Shown piece by piece: positions 38,668-49,401 of a DNA stretch of 64,000 bases. Below the pieces are notes generated by a model. The model searched no databases. It was not told where the DNA came from and saw only the letters and a program-made list of their open reading frames with translations. The first letter of the stretch is position 1; the number at the start of each line of letters is the position of its first letter. This DNA is from Candidatus Poribacteria bacterium. GTDB lineage: Bacteria; Poribacteria; WGA-4E; WGA-3G. The translations under genes and the position numbers were made by a program. The stretch covers positions 3,872,001 through 3,936,000 of the forward strand of contig OZ251518.1 of assembly GCA_965242965.1 (NCBI GenBank), written 5' to 3'.

Positions 38668-39437
38668 AAGGGAGGCGGTGCAAACAAATTGTCAAAATTC
38701 CGCGAGGTTATCTTCCCGATTTCTTCTACGGAAGTGCCGCGGCATGCCGCTATCTTTTCGGCGACGGCACGGACATACGCCGGTTCATTGCGTTTGCCAC
38801 GCCACGGCTGCGGTGCGAGCCACGGGCAATCTGTCTCAATGAGAAGTCTATCATCAGGCACTTCCCTCGCCACGGCGTGAACATCTGCCGCCTTCGGATA
38901 CGTCACAATGCCGCCAATGCCGATATAAAGGTTTTCCAGCGCGAGGCACCGGTGCATCAATTCGACGTTGCCGGTAAAGCAGTGCATGACACCGAACGCG
39001 CCATCGTCCAGTGCTTCCAAAATAGGCAAGATGTCGTGATATGCCTCTCGGTTGTGGATGACGATAGGCATGTCCATGTCTTTCGCCATTTCAAGTTGTT
39101 CGACGAAAACCTTTTTTTGCGCTTTGGGGGTTGAGTGGTTGCGGTAGTAATCCAACCCCATTTCGCCGAAGGCCAGGACTTTGTGATGTCGAGAGAGTTC
39201 GTGAATGTCAGCGAGTTCGGCGCGAGTCGCGCTTTCGGCGTTATGCGGATGCACACCGACGGTGGCATAGACGTTGTCATATTCGTCTGCCAATTCGGTG
39301 GCGGCGAGGCTGGTTTCATAATCGATGCCGATGGCGAGGATTGTTTCAACGCCAGCCTTTTGTGCGCGTCTGATAACAGCACGCCGGTCTTTGTTAAATT
39401 GAGACATTTGGATGTGCGTGTGTGAATCAATAAACAT
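38664..39437 (-). CDS. tatD: TatD-family nuclease
   Basis: IDSHTH, GVHPH, GEMGLDY, IHNREA, HCF and ETDCP. Confidence 0.95.
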   Translation of the reverse strand: MFIDSHTHIQMSQFNKDRRAVIRRAQKAGVETILAIGIDYETSLAATELADEYDNVYATVGVHPHNAESATRAELADIHELSRHHKVLAFGEMGLDYYRNHSTPKAQKKVFVEQLEMAKDMDMPIVIHNREAYHDILPILEALDDGAFGVMHCFTGNVELMHRCLALENLYIGIGGIVTYPKAADVHAVAREVPDDRLLIETDCPWLAPQPWRGKRNEPAYVRAVAEKIAACRGTSVEEIGKITSRNFDNLFAPPPL

Positions 39438-39575
39438 ATCTTTGTTGTTCGCGAGGCGTTCGATAAGGGTTGTTGGGACGATGACATATCTCGCCGTAGA
39501 GCCGTCATCAACGTTGTTGATGACTACGTTTCTGATGCTAATTTTTCAGATGCCTGTTAAGGCAGAAAGCCGTTG

Positions 39576-40010
39576 CTAACTGAGTAGATTCATCTTCATT
39601 GCCTGAAAATGCCTGTCAAACCCAAAAGCCGTAGTGATTTCCTCGTCCTTACAAACCACAAAACTGGCACAGTCTGTAAAGGAGAGCCGCGGAGTGTTGT
39701 GTTGCCGAAAAAACCGTTCGGCATCGTCAAAAATTTCCTGACTAATTCTTACCAATTTCAACTCGTCCCGCGCGAGAATGTCGTTAATAAAGTCGAGGAA
39801 TCGGACGGCCATTTCGTGGTGCACGTCATATCTGAGTCGGGTGACTGTTTCATCAATGATGTAATCTGTCGTCACCAATTGGACATTCATCTGCCGTAAT
39901 TCAGCGTAGAGTGCTAGAGCAGTGTCGTGGTGCCGGTCCTTCGGGTTTGTATACGCAATCCACGCGCCGGCATCAACAAAAATGGGCGAACCTCTCCCAA
40001 CAAAATTCAT
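39576..40010 (-). CDS. PIN-domain (VapC) toxin
   Basis: IFVDAGAW, TTDYIIDET, SFTDCAS and AFGFDRHF. Confidence 0.9.
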   Translation of the reverse strand: MNFVGRGSPIFVDAGAWIAYTNPKDRHHDTALALYAELRQMNVQLVTTDYIIDETVTRLRYDVHHEMAVRFLDFINDILARDELKLVRISQEIFDDAERFFRQHNTPRLSFTDCASFVVCKDEEITTAFGFDRHFQAMKMNLLS

Positions 40011-40092
40011 GATTTTGCATCCCTTTCGTTAAAAATTTTGTCGTGCGCGTCTGTGCCTGTCGTGTGTAGGAGTAGACACGCACGGCAAAAGG

Positions 40093-41211
40093 CTAGAAAT
40101 CATCGGGAACGACATCATGATTAATAGAACCCTCGGTTGTCTCGCCTCTCGTGACATCCGGGAGTGCTTTGATTTCCTCAAGGAACGCCATGCCTTTTTC
40201 GTAGCCGCTCGCGATGCGGGCTCTCCGTTCTTCAAGCGTTTCTGCACTGATGTCAAGGTGCCGCACCAGAGATGCATAACGACTGACAAGGCTCACCGCT
40301 TGTCCGAGGATGCCTCTAAACACCGCCTGATGACTACGGTTATCGTAACCGAAGTCATTGGCTATCTGCCGATAGTTGCAAGCCTTGCGATGCTCGTCAC
40401 TGCGATGACGCAGCCGGTGAAGTTCACGTAGAAAACAGCCGTACTTGTCGAAAGTCGCCTGCCGGTAATACAGGATTTCCAAGAAACAGGCAAGGGTATC
40501 TTTCCCCGCTAGCGTCCGCCGTTGCTCTACCGGTACTAACTTTTTGAGTTCCGGGATGTTAAGCGAGTCGATGCAGAGTGTGCAAAGACTTGAGACAAGC
40601 GCGTCAAAATCCCGCGGTTCGTCAGGTGCCGGTAGCGTCAAATCGGCGATGTAATGCTCCTCGTCTGGATGCGGCGGCAGCAACACTTGCCAGCCGAGAT
40701 ATTCATAACACGTCGCACGCAGCTGGTAATATGCCGCTCGAAACCCGTGCTTCGGTTTATCGGGATTGCCATCTCGATAGCGGCCGTCCCAAATGTAGCG
40801 TTGATAATACGCCTCGCTCACGCCGTAGTCCCCGTTTTCGCGGCCGTTCGGCGGAATGTTGTGTGCGCGCCAATGCAACTGCTCTTCATGCGGCAAATCT
40901 GCCAGATACCCCAACAGGACTGTCACTTTGTCCGCGTGGCAATTGTCAATCGGGATGCTCCACTGATAATTGCAGACGAGGGACGTCGGGTAGAAGGTAT
41001 ACTTCTCTGTGTCTTGCAGATATTTGTCTAACACCCGTTTGTCAAAATCGACGAAAATAGGATTGTTAGAGATGCCGATTGTCGGATAAAACGCCTCTTT
41101 TAACGCGCAGGTGTGCGTGATTTCGTTCCCGTTTTCGTCCACGCCGATGATGAAGTCAATGTCCCTGTCCGGGGGTGCCAGGGTATCGGTGAATCTGATT
41201 GTCGGTTTCAT
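40093..41211 (-). CDS. Hypothetical protein with a possible HEPN-like C-terminal region
   Basis: VLDKY, LPHEEQLHW, IDSLN and LHRLRHRSDEHRK (Rx5H). Confidence 0.7.
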   Translation of the reverse strand: MKPTIRFTDTLAPPDRDIDFIIGVDENGNEITHTCALKEAFYPTIGISNNPIFVDFDKRVLDKYLQDTEKYTFYPTSLVCNYQWSIPIDNCHADKVTVLLGYLADLPHEEQLHWRAHNIPPNGRENGDYGVSEAYYQRYIWDGRYRDGNPDKPKHGFRAAYYQLRATCYEYLGWQVLLPPHPDEEHYIADLTLPAPDEPRDFDALVSSLCTLCIDSLNIPELKKLVPVEQRRTLAGKDTLACFLEILYYRQATFDKYGCFLRELHRLRHRSDEHRKACNYRQIANDFGYDNRSHQAVFRGILGQAVSLVSRYASLVRHLDISAETLEERRARIASGYEKGMAFLEEIKALPDVTRGETTEGSINHDVVPDDF

Positions 41212-41279
41212 CTTTATATCACCTCACTTCAATTATGATAACAGCCCGGGGCCGGTTTGGCAAGCGAAAATCAAACGCG

Positions 41280-41990
41280 CTACATCAACGGCGTGCGGAT
41301 GACAGTTTCAAGCGTATGCGCACGGGAAGGCTGCGTCACTAAAAACAGAATCAGTGCTGCTACATCTTCTGGCAACGTCAGATGCTCAATCACATCATCG
41401 GGATGGTTATCGCGGCGCATCTTGGTATCCACCGGACCGGGGCAGACGACAGAGGCTTTCACACCGTGCGTTCTGCCTTCGTTATTTGTCGTCTCGGTGA
41501 AACCGACAACGGCGAATTTAGAGGCGCAATACGCACCGCCGTTGACATGCCCATACTTGCCCGAAACAGACGAGACGTTGACGATATGCCCGGACTGCTG
41601 TTCGCACATCAGCCCGAAGACGGCTTGCGTGCAGAGGAACACGCCTTTGAGGTTCACCGCCATCGTCACATCCCAATCTTCTTCCCGAATTTTCGGAATC
41701 GGGTTGTGAATCGCCACGCCGGCATTGTTGACGAGGATGTCCACTTTGCCGAAAGTCTCAAGCGTTTGTGCCACCATCGTATCAACGGCGGCTTTATGCT
41801 GGACATCGGTGGGTATCGCGAGGGCGCGCCTGCCGAGGGCCCGCACCTCTTCCGCAACCGCGGAGATTTCGCTATCCGTTCGTGCGGCGAGGACGATGTC
41901 GGCACCTTCTGCCGCAAAGGCTAACGCGGTGGCGCGGCCGATGCCGCGCCCGCCGCCAGTAATTATCGCAACACGTTTTTCAAGTTTCAT
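41280..41990 (-). CDS. Short-chain dehydrogenase/reductase
   Basis: TGGGRGIG, NNAG and YCASK. Confidence 0.93.
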   Translation of the reverse strand: MKLEKRVAIITGGGRGIGRATALAFAAEGADIVLAARTDSEISAVAEEVRALGRRALAIPTDVQHKAAVDTMVAQTLETFGKVDILVNNAGVAIHNPIPKIREEDWDVTMAVNLKGVFLCTQAVFGLMCEQQSGHIVNVSSVSGKYGHVNGGAYCASKFAVVGFTETTNNEGRTHGVKASVVCPGPVDTKMRRDNHPDDVIEHLTLPEDVAALILFLVTQPSRAHTLETVIRTPLM

Positions 41991-42095
41991 GAATGTCTCC
42001 TTCTCATGACGCTGGAGATCGCGGGGGACAGGCCCCCGCGCTACGGGAACATTGAGACCAGGAGGGCTCGATGCATCCCGCGATGCAAACGCGCA

Positions 42096-43181
42096 TTAGG
42101 CAATTTGATAGGCTGAAAGTTTCGCTTTATCAAATAGGATACCGTGTCCCGGCCGGTTCGGCGGCGAGAAATGACCGTCCCTGAGTGTCAACGTATCTTC
42201 CAACACCGGGTCCAACGAAGGAATATATTCTACGAAAAGCGAATGCGGCACCGCAGCAGAAAGATGCACGTGCAAATCCATCAAAAAATGCGGCGATACC
42301 GAGAGCCCGAAGCATTCCGCCGTGTGCGCGACTTTCATCCATTCGGAGATACCGCCGACACGCACCGCGTCTGGCTGCAAGATATCCGCCGCGCCTTGCG
42401 CAATATATTCCTGAAAGACAAATTTATTGTAGAGCGTTTCGCCGACAGCAATCGGGATAGTCGTCTTCTCGCGCAGGGTGACGTGGCTATCGACATCGTC
42501 CGCTTCAATGGGCTCTTCAAACCAGAAAAGCCCGGCCTCCTCCACACGACAAGCGAGTTGGATAGCCTCGCGGGCGTTCCATTTCATATTGGCATCTATC
42601 ATCAGATAGGGTTCTTCGCCGATTGCCTTCCGGACGGCATGCACGCGTACCACGTCTTCAAGGAGGCTGTCGCGCCCTACTTTCATTTTAATGCCTTTGA
42701 AACCTTGCGCCACCAATTCCACGGATTGCCGGACAAGAGCGTCTTCCGAAAGATGGAGCCAGCCGCCGTCGGTATTGTAAACCGGTACCGATGCTCTCGC
42801 GCCGCCGAGGAGTTGGTAGAGCGGCAATTCGGCGCGCTTCGCCATCAGATCCCACAAGGCGATATCCACTGCCGCCATCCCTAAACCGACGATGCCGCCC
42901 CTGCCAACCCAGTGCGTCTCCATCCACATCCGCTGCCAGATTCTGTCAATGTTCGCCGCGTCCTCTTCCAACAGAATCGGCGTGAGATAGGCATCCATAA
43001 TCTGCTTAATCGCTTCGCCACCTTTGCCGATAGTGTAAGAAAAGCCGGTGCCTACCACGCCATCGGCATCTTCAATCTCAATGAACGGAAACTCCATCGA
43101 GACGAACGCTTGGATGGCATCGACGCGTTCAACTTGCGGCGGGATGTCGTAAAGCGCGGTGCGAACTGCGCTGATCTTCAT
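42096..43181 (-). CDS. Mandelate racemase/muconate-lactonising-family enzyme
   Basis: DIALWD, KMKVG, DAN, WFEEP, GE, QPD and SPH. Confidence 0.9.
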   Translation of the reverse strand: MKISAVRTALYDIPPQVERVDAIQAFVSMEFPFIEIEDADGVVGTGFSYTIGKGGEAIKQIMDAYLTPILLEEDAANIDRIWQRMWMETHWVGRGGIVGLGMAAVDIALWDLMAKRAELPLYQLLGGARASVPVYNTDGGWLHLSEDALVRQSVELVAQGFKGIKMKVGRDSLLEDVVRVHAVRKAIGEEPYLMIDANMKWNAREAIQLACRVEEAGLFWFEEPIEADDVDSHVTLREKTTIPIAVGETLYNKFVFQEYIAQGAADILQPDAVRVGGISEWMKVAHTAECFGLSVSPHFLMDLHVHLSAAVPHSLFVEYIPSLDPVLEDTLTLRDGHFSPPNRPGHGILFDKAKLSAYQIA

Positions 43182-43193
43182 GAGTTTTCTCCC

Positions 43194-44069
43194 CTACGGT
43201 GTATCCAACTTATCGAGCATCGTCAACAATTTCTGGATACAAATCCGCGAGGCTTCCTCACCGGCTTCCGAGAAGGCTTGCCCCGCCGGGCGGTTGAGAA
43301 TTGCATCGTCGATTTTGAGGGACGGCCGCCAATGCGTTTCCAAACAGAGGTGCCCCTCATACCCATCATTGACGAACGCTTGGAGTTGCCCTTGCCAATC
43401 AATAATCCCGTCCCCGACAGGGACAGATTCCATCTCGCCGGTATCCGGGTTCGCGCCAGCATCCTTGAGATGCGCGTGGAGCATCGTCGGTTTGAGGCGG
43501 TTATAGGCATCGGGATACGGAGTCTCGCCGTCTTTCGCGTGTGCTTCATTCGCCGGATCCCAGATGGCGCGCACGTTCGGCGAGTCAATCTCCTCAATAA
43601 ACCGCGCTGTCAATTTGGCGGTGCTGAGGGAGGTAGTCGATTCGTTCTCCATACCGAGGATGACACCTTCGCCATCGGCTATGCGCCGCGGTTCATCATA
43701 AGCGGCGATGATTTCGTCCCAACGCGCTTCCGTTTCGCCGGTATCCCAGAAGACAAACGTGCGGATGAGGTGGGTATCAAACGCCTTCGCCGTGCGGATG
43801 CATCCCTTCAGAATGTCGAGATGCTCTTTCCGTTCTGCCGCGTCGTCCATATCGCATTTGAAAAACGGAGAGGCGATACCGATAATCTGGATGCCGGTCC
43901 TGTCGAGCAGTCCTTTCATCCTATCAATGTCAGCATCGGTGAGTTGATGCGGCAGTTTGTCCCACACCGAACGGATTTCGATGGAGTGCAGGTTGAATTC
44001 TTTCACAAAGTTAACTACGGTGGCGAAGTCTTGGGAGACTTCGTCGCCAATCACGCCGAGTTTAAACAT
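43194..44069 (-). CDS. Sugar phosphate isomerase/epimerase (AP-endonuclease-2 TIM barrel)
   Basis: DEVSQD, MENE, WDPAN, HLKD and CLETH; start MFKLG after GGAG. Confidence 0.85.
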   Translation of the reverse strand: MFKLGVIGDEVSQDFATVVNFVKEFNLHSIEIRSVWDKLPHQLTDADIDRMKGLLDRTGIQIIGIASPFFKCDMDDAAERKEHLDILKGCIRTAKAFDTHLIRTFVFWDTGETEARWDEIIAAYDEPRRIADGEGVILGMENESTTSLSTAKLTARFIEEIDSPNVRAIWDPANEAHAKDGETPYPDAYNRLKPTMLHAHLKDAGANPDTGEMESVPVGDGIIDWQGQLQAFVNDGYEGHLCLETHWRPSLKIDDAILNRPAGQAFSEAGEEASRICIQKLLTMLDKLDTP

Positions 44070-44189
44070 AGTTCTGATCGCTCCTATCAATGTTGTTAAG
44101 GTTGAGAGAATAATAGCATGGAGTGGGGTTAATTGCAAGTTTTTTTTTGGAAGGAGAGTGGCTTCGGGGGGCAGGCCGTCACCTGGCAT

Positions 44190-44646
44190 CGTAGGACGAG
44201 GGCCTGTCCCTCGCCACGCCAAGCAGGAGCAGGATTTGGAGCAGGATTTGCAGGATTTCCAAGATTAGCAAGATTGGAGCAGAAGACTGTAGTTCGGGCT
44301 CGCCTGATCCCGAACGGGCGCATGGAGAGAACCCCTTCCGGGCCCGTAGCGCGGGGGCCTGTCCCCCGCGATCGCTCACGTGAAAACATCTCTTCAGGTC
44401 CTTTAGGTCCTGCATGTCTATAGAAAGGTGTCGCACAATAAACTAAGGTCCTTTAGGTCCTTAATCTGCAACACACGCAACGCTGTTGGAAAACATTAAG
44501 GTCCTAAAGGACCTTGCGGACTTGGCGGGCTGCGTATTCTATAGACATTAAGGTCCTAAAGGACCTAAGAGAGACTGTAGTTCGGGATCGCCTGATCCCG
44601 AACGGACCAGGACGAAAAAAACGCGGGGGACAAGCCCCCGCGTTAC
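44190..44646. repeat. Composite REP cluster with 9-nt CAGGATTTN repeats and the AGGTCCT cassette
   Basis: Matches 49443-50040 and 51219-52440. Confidence 0.85.
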
Positions 44647-44663
44647 GAAGAATAACAGCAAGA

Positions 44664-47600
44664 CTACTCCCGCTGCTTGACTTCGCCGAACGTTGTCAAT
44701 GAACGATTCGCCGGGGAAACGGGACCCGGTAAGTAACGTGTCCGCAACGTCTCCGGCCGACCGCCTAACGAAACCTCTTCGATCTGGTAGTAATACTCGA
44801 CCCCAGGTTTCGCAGATGTATCGGTGAACGTGTAAGTTTGACGCTCGCCTGTCGTGCCGGCACCAGCTATCAAGACAGGATTCAACAACGTAAATCCACT
44901 CTCGCGTTTCAAGCTGCGACGCAGATTGAAACCGGCATTGTCGACTTCCGACTCGGTTGTCCAAGTCACGACAACGGAACCGGCATCGGTACGCGACACC
45001 GTGAAACTAGACAATTCCACGGGCAAAGCACCGCCTTCCCGATACCCCGGCGTGCCAATGTCATCGGCATTGCCGTAATGCAGCGATTCAACTTTGAATT
45101 TATTGAAATGCGCCGCTAATGCCCAATTCGACTTCAACATCCCATCGCGCGCCACCGCGCCTTTATCGTAACGGCGGATGACCGAACTCCGCGCGCCATC
45201 CCTGCGATTCGTGGGCCACACCCAGACAGGCGCATCATCGGTACGACGATTGTCATCGATGTTCCCAACCTCGTCTATCTTCGTTCCGTTTCGATCGGAT
45301 AACTTGAGGTAGAAACCCTCGCCACTTAAGAAGGTATCTCGCGCGGTTTTGATGCGCAGATTCTTCTCGTGCAGTTTGAGCAGGTTGTAAACCCGGTCTT
45401 CAGGGAAGACATCTGCCGAGGAGGCGCGGGCATCGCCTGCCACTATCAAGAGGGTCTGATTCGGTTGAATCACTTTCTCTTGCAGCGTCAACGTGACGAT
45501 GGGTCTGCCAACCAAATCTCCTGAATTCCGATTCTGAATCTCTAACTGCCAGCGATTCAGGTTCAGTGCCTCGGTTTTCGACTTGTTATAGAGTTCGATC
45601 CATTGCGGCAATGTGCCACCCTCGGAATCAAACATGATTTCGCTGATAGTCACCGCACCCTTCGGCGTAGATGCCTCCGTTTTGACAGCACCATTCGGAT
45701 AGCCCGGCGTGCCGGCAGTGGCAGCCGACTTGGAGACCTTTCTGTCATAGCCGATACCGGTAAACGCAGCTTCTGCCCAGGCATCTCTGTGATATCCGAT
45801 AAGATCCGCTTTGGCGCGCTGCCAGACTTTACCGGAACTGAGCGCATCTTCGGTGGCATCACCAGGTGCCTCAAGCACCTGCAGGGGCCAGACATGCGTA
45901 TCGTAGTCCCCGGTTTCATCGCGGATAAAGGCATCCGTATCGCTGCCGCCGCCCCCGGCGACATCAATGAACGCCTCATCCAAGCCGAGTTTCTCCTTGG
46001 CATTCCGGAGAATCAATAGGAATTTGCCATCATCCGGCAGTGAAAGGCCTGCATCCACTAAAGATGCATGCGATAACCCTCTGTTTTCTCCGCCGGCGAG
46101 TGGCGTTTTATCCGACGCGCTGTTTGTTATCAACAACAAGCCGTTCGCCGGCACACTCACATCCGGGAAGATGATAAGCGAGGTATCTTCCTTTTTTCCA
46201 TCGGCGACAACGGAGAGCTCCCAGTCTTTCAGGGAGACATCTGAACCGCTGACGTTGCGGAATTCTAGCCAGTCATTTGCTGCATCACTGCCATTGCCGA
46301 GCTCGTTGAAAACGACAGGAGAAAGCGGCACAGCCGATGCAACTGCCTTTGAGACAGTGTCATCCTGCGGAATGTAAACCACCGGGGTCACCGCCACATC
46401 AAACGTTTTCAACGGTTCAGAGGATGAATCCGGGACCTGTGCAGCCTCACCCGGTGCCATCGCCGGATCGGCGGTACCACGACGCTCAAGCCCTGATGAA
46501 GCCTTCAACGTCGTCTCACGCGGCACAGCTAAACTGTTGATACTGGCAATCTCCACGCTCACCGATGCAGCCGGCGGATCGGTCGCTTGCAAAACATACG
46601 CAAACGGCACAATCGTTGAACCCGAACGCTCCTCGCCTTGCTGCCACACGGCGTGCCGCGCATTCGCGGCTTCTCGCGCGCCGAGATAGATTGTCACATA
46701 CGGCGGGTTTTCGCCTTCATACGTCAATCCATCCTGCGCAAACGGCACCTCAACGGTGATCTCGCTACCCGCAAGATATGCACCGCCTTCCGGCTCAACG
46801 ACTTTAATCTCATCCGCATCTACCTGCACCGTGTCTACCTGCACCGTAACAGTGTTCGATGCCAAATTGCCGAGCGGGTCAGAGTAGTCGGCAAGCACCG
46901 TATCGGCGGGCACCTGGAACGTCATCTCCCCTTTAAAGCCGAGCGGGGGCACTACCGTCACCGGATACTGCAGCCACGCATCCACCGCGTCAGGACGGCT
47001 CACCGTCACCTTGCCATCCCCAACATCTGCAGACAGCGTGGTTTGAAGCGTCGTGAATAGCTCTTCGTTCGCCAAATCATGAGACGCAGCGGTTTTCACA
47101 TGCCCGGCTGCAGTGTAGTCCTCCTGGAACCGCAATGTCAACGTAAACGTCCCGGTTTGTGTCCCCGATGGCCCGTCTATCACTGTCATCGCGGCGACAG
47201 CGTCCTTCACTACCGCCGGATAGGCGATAGTGCCCTTGGCGGTAGTATCATACGTGGGCGGAAAGTAGTGAGGGAACTTGAGCCGCTCATCCCTATAAAA
47301 ACCCACCGAGACACTATAGTGCTGTACGCGACCATCGGCATCGGCCTTCTGCTTCAGCTTCTCCACGTCACCGCCGGTGTAGTCCACTATGTCATCAATT
47401 ATTGGGAGGTAGTCAAGGAGACGGTCGCCGTTTCTGTCAAAATGCTCTGGCTTGAATACGAAATCCCCCCCGTTTTGGTAACGAGTATCGCCTCCCCCAA
47501 TACGCAGCCTGTGGTGACGAAATTGATCCTTCTTGTCGTCAGCGGGATCGACGGTGTCGGGACTCTCTGGGTAGGGGAGGAATGTTTCTCCCGCCTTGAA

Positions 47601-49112
47601 AAGCGCAGACGGGTCCATAAAATCTGCCCATCGCTTACCCTGTTGCCCTTCATCAGAAGTATCACCAAATGGCACGCCAAATCCAAACTCCCCAGCGTGT
47701 AGCCCTAGGATTTGAGCGTATGTGTAACCGTTGGGGTATTTCAGACCGCCAAGGAAGTCGCCGCCGATGCGACCGTTGGCCAATAAATCAGCGTATTCGT
47801 AATTAATACCGACACGCGGACGGTATGGGACATTGAACGGGGCCACGATAGTGTCGCCATCCCCCTCCAACCATCCGTCGCCTTTCTTCAACCGATTCAA
47901 GGCATCTGCATGTTCCTTTGTCACCGTAAATTGGTAGACGACGGTATGGTAACCATCCACATCGGGATGCCCCCACTCCGTAGCGGTAACCGCATGGTCG
48001 GCATTGAGGTGGTTTACGCGGCCATCCTGTGTTATCCGTTCCAGTGGATAATTGGGATTCAGTCTCCCTACCCCGTCAATGCCCACGGCTGCAATTACCG
48101 TCCCGCCGTTAGCATCCCGGAGGGAATTGCGCGCCCAGATAGTGCCTGGCGGGTTCGCCTTTTGACCATCCTTGAACCATAATGGCAATTCATTCACCTC
48201 CCAGGGGACATCACGGGCAACGGAGCCGCCAGTGGATCTGCTCCAGGGGGCATTACGGCGATCGGCATAGAAACCGGGGCCGCGAGTGAATTTGGTGTTA
48301 CTAAAGAGTGCCGGAAGCGTTAGAGGCTCCTCCTTGGTAGGATCTATATAATAACTCCTCGGATCCAGACCAGGCGCAGGATCTATGAATTCCGTTACCA
48401 CTTCATAGTAAGTCAGTTTGACGTTGATGGCGATGGCGACGATATCCCCGGGGACTACCCACGTATTTTCCTCGGCGGTGACACGCCCACTGTTGCCGGG
48501 TTTGTTCGGATCTTCCAGCAGGCCGCCGCTCGTGGGATCGCTGGGACCCCCACCGGGATCGATATTCACCCAGAAGTAGGTATCCGTCTCGTTTGCCAGT
48601 TGCGCTGTGCCATTCAAGAGCTCCTCATACTCTGTCCAGAAGGATGGGAACAGCCGCGCGCGCCTGCTTTCAAAACCGGGCGGCGTAACAACATAATTCG
48701 TGTCAGTGCCTACCTTGTGATAGGTACCGACCTGCTGCAGTTCTGGCGCTCCCAGCTTCGTGGTTTTCGGATTTTTATAGATGCGTATCCACTGAATCTG
48801 AAAATAATCCGGCGGGCAAGCTGTCAACCCGCCACCAAAGAAGGCATCAATACCCGTAGAATGGATGTGGGCGTTACCGGATCCGGCGGACACGCTGTGG
48901 GTCGAATCGTTCGGCAGCGTAATCGCTGACTTCTGCAATTTATGGGTTGCCAGGGGCAGGCCCAGCCAATTATTATCCGGGTTGCCCTCGGTGCCCTGGA
49001 TGATATCAAAGGCATCACTCCCGATATCTTCTTGCGTCCATGTGTCGTGGCTCTCTCCCGGCGGTGCAAGCACCGTCAGCAGCCCGAATGTGAGCAGTAG
49101 GCAGCCTATCAA
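44664..49112 (-). CDS. Large secreted protein with Ig-like and two lamin-tail-like domains; true start probably 49345 across a frameshift
   Basis: VVFNE..DWLEFRN, TISEIMF..QWIELYN, GTPGY twice; C-terminus LPVELSSF..W.TESEVDNAGFN..YYYQIEEV. Confidence 0.85.
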   Translation of the reverse strand: MIGCLLLTFGLLTVLAPPGESHDTWTQEDIGSDAFDIIQGTEGNPDNNWLGLPLATHKLQKSAITLPNDSTHSVSAGSGNAHIHSTGIDAFFGGGLTACPPDYFQIQWIRIYKNPKTTKLGAPELQQVGTYHKVGTDTNYVVTPPGFESRRARLFPSFWTEYEELLNGTAQLANETDTYFWVNIDPGGGPSDPTSGGLLEDPNKPGNSGRVTAEENTWVVPGDIVAIAINVKLTYYEVVTEFIDPAPGLDPRSYYIDPTKEEPLTLPALFSNTKFTRGPGFYADRRNAPWSRSTGGSVARDVPWEVNELPLWFKDGQKANPPGTIWARNSLRDANGGTVIAAVGIDGVGRLNPNYPLERITQDGRVNHLNADHAVTATEWGHPDVDGYHTVVYQFTVTKEHADALNRLKKGDGWLEGDGDTIVAPFNVPYRPRVGINYEYADLLANGRIGGDFLGGLKYPNGYTYAQILGLHAGEFGFGVPFGDTSDEGQQGKRWADFMDPSALFKAGETFLPYPESPDTVDPADDKKDQFRHHRLRIGGGDTRYQNGGDFVFKPEHFDRNGDRLLDYLPIIDDIVDYTGGDVEKLKQKADADGRVQHYSVSVGFYRDERLKFPHYFPPTYDTTAKGTIAYPAVVKDAVAAMTVIDGPSGTQTGTFTLTLRFQEDYTAAGHVKTAASHDLANEELFTTLQTTLSADVGDGKVTVSRPDAVDAWLQYPVTVVPPLGFKGEMTFQVPADTVLADYSDPLGNLASNTVTVQVDTVQVDADEIKVVEPEGGAYLAGSEITVEVPFAQDGLTYEGENPPYVTIYLGAREAANARHAVWQQGEERSGSTIVPFAYVLQATDPPAASVSVEIASINSLAVPRETTLKASSGLERRGTADPAMAPGEAAQVPDSSSEPLKTFDVAVTPVVYIPQDDTVSKAVASAVPLSPVVFNELGNGSDAANDWLEFRNVSGSDVSLKDWELSVVADGKKEDTSLIIFPDVSVPANGLLLITNSASDKTPLAGGENRGLSHASLVDAGLSLPDDGKFLLILRNAKEKLGLDEAFIDVAGGGGSDTDAFIRDETGDYDTHVWPLQVLEAPGDATEDALSSGKVWQRAKADLIGYHRDAWAEAAFTGIGYDRKVSKSAATAGTPGYPNGAVKTEASTPKGAVTISEIMFDSEGGTLPQWIELYNKSKTEALNLNRWQLEIQNRNSGDLVGRPIVTLTLQEKVIQPNQTLLIVAGDARASSADVFPEDRVYNLLKLHEKNLRIKTARDTFLSGEGFYLKLSDRNGTKIDEVGNIDDNRRTDDAPVWVWPTNRRDGARSSVIRRYDKGAVARDGMLKSNWALAAHFNKFKVESLHYGNADDIGTPGYREGGALPVELSSFTVSRTDAGSVVVTWTTESEVDNAGFNLRRSLKRESGFTLLNPVLIAGAGTTGERQTYTFTDTSAKPGVEYYYQIEEVSLGGRPETLRTRYLPGPVSPANRSLTTFGEVKQRE

Positions 49113-49401
49113 AACGGAGTGGATGCGTGCGGCGGACCGCGGGTGTCCCCCGTCCTTCTGCGCCTTCCTGCTGAGAGTTGCAGGAGTTAACGCGCGTAGA
49201 TGAGAGGGGGGGTCTTCAGGTTGGACGCGTCACCGGCGGGCGCATGCGCGCGGCATCTTTGCAGCGGGTGCTGCAATAACGCGGTGACGGTAGGTTTCAG
49301 GCGGACAGCAATGCCCGCGAAAATGAAAGAGAATAGGAATCTCATTAGTTTTTTCTCCTCTAAATTGATGTAAAAATGATTGAAAATTAAACACTGTATT
49401 A

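Noticed and set aside
40007-40092. Small vapB ORF overlapping the vapC start (ATGA)
   Set aside because: That frame has no credible start codon after an upstream stop; at most a remnant.
42912-44099. 395-aa antisense ORF and similar long shadow ORFs
   Set aside because: They lie opposite well-supported genes and have no recognisable motifs.
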